64,000 nt of DNA, taken from assembly GCA_964234715.1 (NCBI GenBank), contig OZ174291.1, one strand, 5' to 3'. Both the position numbers and the translations under genes were made by a program. The notes below the pieces were generated by a model. That model did no database searches. It was given only the letters and a program-made list of their open reading frames with translations, and was not told the DNA's origin. Source of the stretch: Podarcis melisellensis (Eukaryota). This document shows, piece by piece, positions 23,221-34,000 of the stretch (positions are counted from its first letter, which is position 1; each line of letters opens with the position of its first letter).

Positions 23221-24108
<888 letters not shown>

Positions 24109-24145
24109 TAGCTCAGCCTTGCATACCTGGCAGGGTTGTTGTGGG

Positions 24146-24556
24146 CATAGCTGTCAACTTTCAGATTTGAAAATAAGGGATCAGCAGCCTCACCTGTCCT
24201 GGGGACAGTCTACGGGATATCTAACAATCCAGGATAGAACAAAAAAATTTCCTTCCAGTAGCACCTTAAAGACCAACTAAGTTAGTTCTTGGTATGAGCT
24301 TTTGTGTGCATGCACACTTCTTCAGATACACTTGTGCATGCAGTGTGCATGCACACGAAAGTGAAGTGTGCATACACACGAAAGCTCATACCAAGAACTT
24401 ACTTAGTTGGTCTTTAAGGTGCTACTGGAAGGAATTTTTTTTGTTTTGACTATGGCAGACCAACACGGCTACCTATCTGTAATCCAGGATAGCAGCGGGA
24501 AACGGGCACTGGAATAAGGGAATTTCCCACAAAAAAAGGGAAGGGTGACAGCTATG
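24146..24556. mobile_element. hAT MITE in the SAC3D1 intron (host of a Penelope insertion)
   Basis: CATAGCTGTCA ... TGACAGCTATG terminal repeats; perfect 8-bp TSD GTTGTGGG at 24138-24145 and 24557-24564. Confidence 0.9.
24238..24480. mobile_element. Penelope-like element remnant with inverted pseudo-LTR
   Basis: About 85-bp inverted arms; TTAGTTGGTCTTTAAGGTGCTACTGG and CTGAAGAAGTGTGCATGCACAC motifs; 12-bp TSD AATCCAGGATAG at 24226-24237 and 24481-24492. Confidence 0.75.
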
Positions 24557-24982
24557 GTTGTGGGGATTAAATAAGGAGGGGGAGGACCATACAAGCCACC
24601 TTGAGCATCTTGGGGGGAAAGCTGGGATATAAAAGCAGTAATAAATAAATAAATATGCTTCCATGAAAAGGTGAGATATCAATGCAGTAAGAAATAAATT
24701 CCATCCCTGAAAACAGGGGTGCCCACTGAGGGGGTGTTTCACATAATCAATCACATGACGTGCATGCACACCATTTGAATGGCAATGCCCATCAACTTTG
24801 GGGGGCCCCAGCCCCTCGAATATTTTATGGAGGGGCTGAAGCCCTCTCGTCCCCTAGGAGTTGGCTCCTATGCCTAAAAGGTTGGGATATAAATATAGCA
24901 ATAAATGAATTTTCTTCCCTGGTCCTTCTATAAAGCCCGGTCATCCTGACCTTTTGCTTCTTTCTCCTCCCACCCCAAACAG

Positions 24983-25446
24983 GCTCTCCAGTTGCTCTCT
25001 GGGAGACCCTGCAGCTCCCCGATGCCATCCGAACCTCCCCAGACGTCTCCACGGCGCTGACCATCAATTGGGCCTTCCTGGAGCGGAATTTTGCCCGCTT
25101 CTTCCGCCTGGCCCGGGAGCTGCCTTACCTGCCCAGCTGCGCCCTTCACCCCCACCTGGCTGGGGCCCACCGCCTGGCCTTGATGACCTTCAGCCACGGC
25201 TTCAGCGCCAGGAACTCCCGCTACCCTCTGGCACGGCTGGCACGGCTGCTGGCCATGGACAGTGTGGAAGAGGCAGCGGACTTGTGTCAGGCCCACGGCT
25301 TGACTGTGTTGGAGGGGGACGTGGTCTTCCAGAAGGGCTCCTTCAAGGACAGTGTGCCTTTGGTGGATAAGCCTTCCCGCCTGCTTGTGGATGGCAAATG
25401 GGGGGAGTCTACTCTGCTGGAGCTCTCGGAGAGGGTCTGCAGCTGA
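24983..25446 (+). CDS. SAC3D1: SAC3D1 coding exon 2 (stop)
   Basis: caaacag|GC TCT; LQLPDAIR...NFARFFRLARELPYLPSCAL...EAADLCQAHGL...VVFQKG...ERVCS*; total 1044 nt = 347 aa + stop. Confidence 0.93.
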
Positions 25447-25581
25447 CCCCCTTTGGAATGACTCTGTGTGTGTGAGCTGAGACTGGAAAGGGGTTTGCAG
25501 CTCAGGGTTTTACCAGAAGAGAAGTTAGACAGGCTCCCTCATTGTCGTCTGCCTGGCAGTAGGCTTCAGGTGCAGACAGTG

Positions 25582-25827
25582 TACAGTGGTACCTTGGGTG
25601 AAGTTCTTAATTTGTTCCAGAGGTCCGTACTTAACCTGAAACTGTTCTTAACCTGAAGTACCACTTTAGCTAATGGGGGCTCTTGCTGCTGCTGCGCCGC
25701 CGGAGCACAATTTCTGTTCTCATTCTGAAGCAAAGTTCTTGACCTGAAGCACTATTTCTGGGTTAGCGGAGTCTGTAACCTGAAGCGTATGTAACCTGAA
25801 GTGTATGTAACCCGAGGTACCACTGTA
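25582..25827. mobile_element. Tigger-like MITE, family A copy 4 (probably in the SAC3D1 3'UTR)
   Basis: TA-CAGTGGTACCTTGGGT ... AACCCGAGGTACCACTG-TA. Confidence 0.9.
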
Positions 25828-26736
25828 TTTTGCTGGTTCTAAGAGCGTTCTGCTGTATTTTTATTTCATTTACACCCCACTTTTCCTCCATGAAGCATTG
25901 TTGTTGTCATCCACCCATCCGACTTTGTTGCCCCAGCCACTCTAGGCAGCTTCCGTAATATAAAAACACAGTGAGACATCCTATGTTTAAAAACTTCCCG
26001 ATACATGTCTTCATTCCCTTCATTACCTTGAGCTCCTTGGAGGAAAAAGGTTGGGATATGAATGAAATAAATAAGTCAATGTTGTTTTTAAATGTGCCTT
26101 GAGTCTCACCTTGGGAGGAAGGTGGGGTAGAAAATATTAAATAATAGCCATATTATTGCTCCTGAAGGCAGAGTTGAGTGAAGTGTGGGCTCTGACTCTC
26201 CTTGGGGGCAACAGAAGATGGGGAAATGGGACAGCGCAGTTTCCATACAGGTCTGACCTTTAAATGCATCCTTCCAGGAAAAAGAAAAATGTTCCCTGTA
26301 GATCAAGGGCAGGGAAGCTGTGGCCCTGAATAAATAGTTGGACTACAGCTTCTGTCAGCCCATTTCATTGACCATGCTGGCTCAAGGTAATGGGAGTTGA
26401 GAGTCCAGGAACACCTGGAGAACATCTGTTTCAGGAAGGATAGGCCATGTTGCAAAAAAAAAAAAAAGTTTTACGGCAGCTTAAGGTTCCATTCCTCTGC
26501 CATTAGAAAGTTAGCACATCTGGGCTAGAGGTTCCAGCAAGGCCCTTACCTCCACTGTGCTGGTTCCCTTAATGTACGAGAACATAAAAAGTTTAATTAT
26601 CGCTCCCACCCCAGTGGCCTTGACCTCGTAGAGTCCATTCTACCACCACATTTTGCTGCTGGCACATAGAGTCCACATATTGACATGTGCTGCCCCCTGC
26701 AGGTTTGGAGGACATTATGCAAGGCTAGAAGAACAT

Positions 26737-27079
26737 GGGCGGCGCTGTGGGTTAAACCACAGAGCCTAGGACTTGCCGATCAGAAGGTCGGCGGTTTGAA
26801 TCCCCGCGACGGGGTGAGCTCCCATTGCTCAGTCCCTGCTCCTGCCAACCTAGCAGTTCGAAAGCACATCAGAGTGCAAATAGATAAATAGGTACTGCTC
26901 CAGCGGGAAGGTAAACAGCATCCCCGTGCGCTGCTCTGGTTTGCCAGAAGCGGCTTAGTCCTGCTGGCCACATGATCCGGAAGCTGTATGCCGGCTCCCT
27001 CAGCCAATAAAGCGAGATGAGCGCCGCAACACCAGAGTCGTCCACGACTGGAACTAATGGTCAGGGGTCCCTTTACCTT
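26737..27079 (+). mobile_element. Sauria-type SINE
   Basis: GGCGCTGTGGGTTAAACC head, B-box-like GGTTTGAATCC, tail GGGGTCCCTTTACCTT; aligns with the 9688 and 58848 copies. Confidence 0.88.
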
Positions 27080-27964
27080 AGAGGGAAGTTTTACACCCTC
27101 CCTGAATTAATGTAAGAGCCCTGCTGGATCAAACCAGTCCTTTCCACCATCCCGTTCCCCAGAGTTCTCTGGACACCCTCATGAATGCTAGTCTCATGTG
27201 TGGAGCATTTAGTTATTGTTTGGAAAACTGAACTGAATGTTACTGGAATGTTACTACAGTAATGTCAGCTGTCAGAAGAGATTGTGGTGATGGTAGTTGT
27301 TTTGTATACAGTTTACATGCCGAAGTGATGCTGCGTCTGAGAAGCTGTGAGTGAACAGTGTGAGTGTGTTTCCTAAAAAAACCCAGGTCTGCAAATATTA
27401 AATGCTTGGACAACTTTAAAGTGTAGCCCCACCTGCCAACCCTGGGGAATGGATGACAAGAAACTGCTTTTTGTTGCAGAGAACCTCTGTAAAAAGTCTG
27501 AGCCAAAAATGCCTTCTCCTGGGATGGTACTGATAAATATATGAACCTGAGGGGCCAGAACTTGGGGGGGGGGGACTTGCTTCACTTGAGAAGCTTCTCT
27601 AAGGTAATTGTGCACAATTGAAGCAAGAAAGCCAGAAGGCTGTAGAAGGAGCTTTGATTTTCTTTATGGTATTAAAATGTTTCATTCCCCCCCCCAAATG
27701 GTCAGCATTTGAGATATGGCATTCCCCCCCCCTTTCACTCTAGAGTGCCACTCGTCTTGAACTGACGTTGCCTTAAGTGAGGGAGCTTCCCTAAAAATTA
27801 AATCCTTACACCCCACCCCAACACCGGACTTCCTAGGGGAAACATGGGTGCCTGTGGGAGTAATGCAGAATCTCTTCTCACATCATATTTGCTTGCAAAA
27901 CAGCTCACTTGTTGTATGTGCGAATGATGCACCCTTCTTATGCAGGCCCTTTTCCTCTTGGGCA

Positions 27965-28101
27965 CAGTGGCGTAGCGTGGGGGGTGCAGGGGGGCCGGCC
28001 GCAACATCTGGGGGTTAGGGTTAGGGGGCGCAGATCCACGGGTTAGGGGGCGCAAATTACTTGCCTTGCCCCGGGTGCTGACAACCCATGCTACACCACT
28101 G
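27965..28101. mobile_element. hAT MITE containing TTAGGG units
   Basis: CAGTGGCGTAGC ... GCTACACCACTG; perfect 8-bp TSD CTTGGGCA. Confidence 0.88.
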
Positions 28102-28855
28102 CTTGGGCATGCAACACGTTGCACTCTAACACACAAACATGCGGCTCCTTTAGATGCTGTCGCTTTATAAAGAGAATCTTGTTGATCCAGACATTCATCA
28201 GAAAAGACTTTGCAGGCCCCATGTAGAATACCGGATTGTAGACCTGAAGAATGCTCAATAGATCACCTATTCCTGCCCAGGCAAATGCAGGAAAACCTGA
28301 CAATTATGTCTGTCCTAAGCTTTCCTTTGGGGATTTCCTGACCTGTCAGTCTGTGGTTGGGTTTCCTAATGTTTATGTAGTGTGTGAGATGTTTGCTCTT
28401 TTAGGAGGCTCCTGTATGAAAAAGTTTATATGGCGATGTTAAGTGGTATTGCTTTCCCTTACTTGTGTCTGCCTTAACCCCTCAGGCACCCTTTTACATT
28501 ATGCACTAACTGACTTGAAAGTAAGAGAAGCCCTGGTGAGATTGGCCCAGGAAATTGTGGCTGCAGTGCAGTATTTAAGTCTGCTGCGGTTCTATGCATG
28601 CCTACTTGGGAGCAAGCCCTACTGAGACATGTCAGTTTTGGAAGGAGCCATAACTTGGCAGTAGGTCATCTGCTTGGCATACGGAAGTTCCCATGTTCAA
28701 TCTCCTCTTTGCCTGAGACCCTGAAGTACCATTGCTGGTCAGTCAGTAGACTATTGGGCAAAGGGGACATGGCAGCTTTATATACTCAAAGGTATATAAT
28801 GTGCATGAGGTTCTTTTATACTATGAGCATGGAGTGTTCCAATTTTGCTCCTCTC

Positions 28856-29004
28856 CTAAATCAACACACACTTCTCTCTGGTAATTTTCACTTTGCTGAG
28901 TTTTGGCTCTTCCTCCAGGTTCACCTCTTCCAGGTGTTCAGCCTCAAATTGTGAAGGCACAAGCTGCTGCACGTCCGACTCCTCCTGCTCAGAGTGGGAA
29001 GATC
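28856..29004 (-). other. Candidate unannotated terminal coding exon ending in CaaX (possibly an AHNAK isoform)
   Basis: cccccttag|GA TCT ... (G)SSHSEQEESDVQQLVPSQFEAEHLEEVNLEEEPKLSKVKITREKCVLI*; weak acceptor; no homology recognised. Confidence 0.3.
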
Positions 29005-29767
29005 CTAAGGGGGCTTCTCACTGCATTAGGCTGAATGCTTTTCCAAGTCCCCCCACAATCAGCTATGTAGCTATGGCAAGTCTACTGAGGCCCAACTTTG
29101 GTTGCTGTAGATCAGACTGCATTGAAACCAGTGAATGCATAACATAAGCACATTCCATCTATCAGTGGTGGTGTTGCAAAACATAAGATGCAAAGACAGT
29201 CTATTATTGACTGGACATAGCATGGATTCTGGGATGGGCCTACATTGTGAGGCAGGTATATGGCATTCTTTAATTACTGTGACCCATTCTGCATAATTAT
29301 TTAATCCCCGGCCTTAAAAATATAACACCCTAAAGGTTTGCTAGGGCTCAGTTGTACCTGAAATGTACAGCCTGCCTCCCGCTGCCTCTTGCTGAGAATT
29401 ACAATTCCTGGTATGGAGCAGATTTTACCCCTCGACTTTGACAGCTTTGATAAATTTATTTAAGGATCTACCCTGTTCTCTTGATCGAAGTTTCTTTTCA
29501 CTGGTTTTAATATAGTATTTTTTAATTGTTGCAACCCGCCCTGGCGCCTTAGGATGAAAGTCGGGCAAGTAATCTTCAAAGCCCCCTTCAGACCTCCCCA
29601 CACAATGATGGAAGGTTGGGGTGGCTTTTAGTCTGGGTTCACACCTATGTGTTGCTTGGAAATGTGGCGAGGTGAAAGGGGTTATTAGCTTCTCCTGAAA
29701 AAGAAGAGTGCAGCAGCTGGGATACTGGGGAATAAAAGGTTCAGGAGGTCAAAAGGTTAATAAACAC

Positions 29768-29773
29768 TTTATT
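29768..29773 (-). terminator. AHNAK polyadenylation signal
   Basis: AATAAA on minus strand at the end of a repeat-free AU-rich 1.3-kb tract after the stop. Confidence 0.7.
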
Positions 29774-31083
29774 TCCATTTTACAATATCAGTTATTCTCA
29801 ATTAATTTGCTTTTAAAGTGCTGAAAAGATTTTCCTTTTACTGTTTTGTTTTAAAATCGAGATACATTTGTTAAACAAAAAGATGAAGTAGATAACAAAT
29901 AGCATCTGTAAAGTTGGGAGGGAATATAGAAGGCCTTGAAGAATTTTGCTCCACATCTCAGAAAACTTTCATTTCATTATACAAAAATAACAAATATATA
30001 GAGATGACTAAGATGGTGTCAGAATGTACACAAAATCTTTGGTTAATTTATTTTATCGTGACTTTTTTAACCAGACAAAAATGGAAAATTATACCATGGG
30101 TGTTTTATTACATCTGTCCTGTATCAAATGAATACAGAAAACCTGACCTTTCTGTAGCAATGTAAGACTGTTTGTGAGGCCCCAAATTTGACACATCTCA
30201 GTTGCATCTATATATTTTTACAGAGTTTTTTTTTCCTTTTTCTTTTAACACATCCAATTTTTAAACAATAGAAAATTTTTAGCTGCCCCCTTCCACAGAT
30301 AAAAGCAGGAGGGGGAGGGGAGCCATTGAAATGGAAAGCAATTGCCATAGATCAACACTGAATATATTTAGCAAGTCGAAAAGTATATATATATTTATAT
30401 GTTTTTAAAAGCTTGCTTAAGTAAACGTAAAGCTCTCAGCGTACGAAGCGCAAACCCCCAACCCTAAAACACAAGAGAAAACTTCCAAAATACATCTGAG
30501 GAACTGTACACCCCGCCTTCCTAATGGCACAGCTTTAAATATCACATAAATCCAGGTTCTACCTCTTTTCAAATTGGTAGCCGGAAGAAGTGCCCATCAC
30601 ACAATCGGGATTATTACCCATGGCACAAATGATACTGTTTAATTCAAACTGATACAGCTGATTCACCAAGCAGCATTCTGTGTTATGTTGTGTTGCCGCT
30701 TTTTAAAAAAAAAACTGGCACTACTTAACCGTTATTACAGCCACAGTGCATTGTGGGAAGCACGGCAATGCATTCTGGGATGCAAGTTTACCTGCCATAT
30801 CACTGCTTTAAGAACTTTGCAAAAAAAAAAAAAAGCCGCTGTATCAGTTTCTGTGAGATTTTTATACATATAATCTATGGAAGAGATAATCATGTTGGGA
30901 CGACTCCCTGACCACAGTAAAAACACGGTTATTTCTCAGTTAAGGCCTACCATTTCACTGGGCACCCTGTTTTTATTGCTGAGCATTTCAAGCTAGGAAA
31001 TTTGTATATACACACATATAAGGGAGATAGATAAGATATATACACACAGAGACAATATGTACACGAGAACCCCCCCACTTCAC

Positions 31084-34000
31084 TCATTTCATTTCGTCAT
31101 CACTTCCTGATACCTCATAAGAACCTTTAGTTTTTGCCCCTATCCCCCCAAACGTACCAAATTTCAGCTTGGCCTGTTTGCCTTTGTCATGCTCCAGTGT
31201 GCCTGTTGGCGTCGAATGCGAGGAATGCTCGTCGCTGAAAGACGACGACCGGTGCCGGGACTTTTTGCCCTTAAAGAAGGAGAACTTCCCTTTCGGAGAA
31301 GCAGACCCTTCCACTTCCACATCGCCCTCCAAGGAACCCAGGCTGGCCTGTAACTCCCCTTCGCACCCTGAGGCAGACACCGAGATCTCTGGGGAGCCAA
31401 CGCTGCCTTTGACCTTAGATTTTGAGAAAGGGAACTTTGGCATTTTGATTTTAGATTTCTTAAGCTTAATATCAGGCTCTTCCAGTTCAACATTCACTGC
31501 CCCGGCATGGAAACTTGCCTCTGGCGCCTGGGGGAACTCAACATCAACTCCAACCTCCCTTCCTGTTAGCTCTTGCCCCGCAACCACAAATTTTGGCATT
31601 TTCATTCTGGGGAACGACACTTGTCCAGATGGGCTTTCTAAATGGCCGTGTGGAACATTCACCCCAACAGAAGGACCTTTGACCTCTAATTTGGGACCTT
31701 TGAGATCAACCCCTGCCTTTGGTCCAGAAAACTGAAGGCCTCCAGACCCCTGCATGCCCATGTTTAGCTCTGGCCCAGAAACTTTGGGAGCTGACACATT
31801 GAGCGAAGGTCCTCTCAAGCTGACATCAGGAGCGCCAGCGTCCAAGCCCATGCCAGAAATCTTCACACCTGGTGCCCCCACGCCGATCTGTTGACCTTTC
31901 ATGCCACCAGATACGTTAACGTCACCTTTCAAACTTGGTCCTTTCACATTCAAGTCAAAGCCTGGGGCAGAAATGTCATGTCCTTTGAGATCTACTTCAG
32001 GCCCTTTGATCTGTGGTCCTGAAATACTTCCTCCTTCACTGGCGATGCCAAACTGGGGCAGCTTCATGCAGGGAATCTTAATTCCAACTCCAGAGCCTTC
32101 CACGTTAACATCAGGTGCCTCGACAGCCACCTGGGGAGATGTAATGCCGCCAGAAATGCCGAAGTCTCCTTTGATCTTTGGTCCTTTCAGATTCACATCA
32201 AAGTCAGGCGCTGAAATGCCTCCTCCAGAGGCCATTTTTACTGTTGGCGCTTTCACGTCCAGGTCTGGAGCACTCACATTGACATCTAGGCCTGGGGCCT
32301 TTGGCATTTTAAGCTTTCCTTCAAAACCACTGACGTCAACATCTGGTGTGCCAAATCCGATCTTTGGACCTTTAATGTCACCAGAAAGGCCCACGTCTCC
32401 TCCAAATTTTGGTCCTTTCAAGCTTACATCCACTGCAGGAGCGGTCATACTTCCTCCGATGCTTGGGGCCGAAACATCAACACTTGCTGAGGGCAGTTTT
32501 CCTTGAAGGTCCACCTCGGGCCCCTCCACTTTCACACCTGGCTTCCCGATCTTTGGCAAGCCAAATTTTGGCATTTTCAATTTCCCTTCTAGGCCTTGTC
32601 CTTCCATCTGGGGAAGGTCAATATCACCTTTCAGCTTTGGTCCTTTCAAGTTAATGTCAGGGGCTGACATGGAAGGAGCAGAAACACCCATGGATGGCAG
32701 GTTCACTGATGGACCTTTCAGGCTGATGTCAGGCGCACTGAGGTTGGCATCAACACTAGGGCCTCGAAGGTCTCCTTCCAGTTTGGGACCAGCCAGATCG
32801 ACATTTCCACCTGAGAATTTGAACTTTGGCTTCTTGAGATGGATGTCAGGACCTCCAATATTGACATCGGGGAGGCTGGCACTTCCGCTGGGAACTGTGA
32901 TGTCAAGATCTGGAGATTTCAGAGATGGTGATGAGACATCTATTCCTGGTGACTTGATTTCGCCTTCCACCTTTGGCAAAGAAGCATCAGCCTTGAACAT
33001 AGGTGATTTGATATCAAACTCGACGTCAGGAAAAGAGAGTTTCCCAAACATAGACTTCTTTCCTTTGGGTGACTTGATGTTCATGTCTCCTTTCAGGGAT
33101 GCTTCAGGGACAGAAATGCTTCCTTCCAAATCTGGCGATTTCATGCTTGCATCCATATCTCCACTCACGGCAAAGCCAGCCTTCTTGCCTTTGACTTTAG
33201 GCCCGCTCATGTGGATTTTAGGCATTTTGAATTTGCTTTTCTTCCCTTTTCCAGAAATGGAGATGTCAGGCGATTCAACATTCAGCTCGCCTTCTGGGAG
33301 GGAGATGTCTGCCTTGGGGCTTTTTGCTCCAAATCCAAACTTTGGCATTTTAAATTTAGGGAGTTTAACATTTCCCTCTGGCCCTTCAAGGTTTACATCT
33401 GGACACTCCAAGTCAATCTCAGGGCCCTTAGCTTCAATTCCTGGCCCTTGAATATCAATTCCTGGACCTTTTAAGCTGCCTTCAACCTTGGGAAGAGCGA
33501 CATCAACATCACCCTTCATTTTAGGTCCTTTCAGATTTAAGTCAATCTCTGGCATGGATATTTGAGGTGTCTTGATTTTGGGACCCTTCAGTTTTCCTTC
33601 TGGTCCTTCTATGTTCAAGCTGGGGCCTGATAATTCCAATTCACCCTTGGGTACATTTACATCGATATGAGGTCCTTCCCCTTTGAACTCAGGCATGCCA
33701 AATTTGGGCAGCTTCATCTTGGGGAATTTCACCTTTCCGTCTGGACCATGAATATCAACATTGGGAGCATCAATGTCCAATTGAGGGCCTTTGATGTCAA
33801 TTTCTGGACCCTTGAAATCACCTTCAACCTTTGGTAGGGAAACGTCCACATCTCCTTTCAGTTTGGGGCCTTTGAGGTTGAAATCCACATCAGGCATGGA
33901 GATTTTAGGTCCTTTGATGTTCATTTCAGGCATCTTGAATTTAGGGCTTTTCCATTTTCCTTCTGGGCCTTCAAGTTCAACATCAGGAACATCTACGTCA

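Noticed and set aside
28140-28630. Short frames and a CCTTAAC...CAG acceptor-like motif on the plus strand
   Set aside because: No matching U12 donor, no homology, and no coherent gene model.
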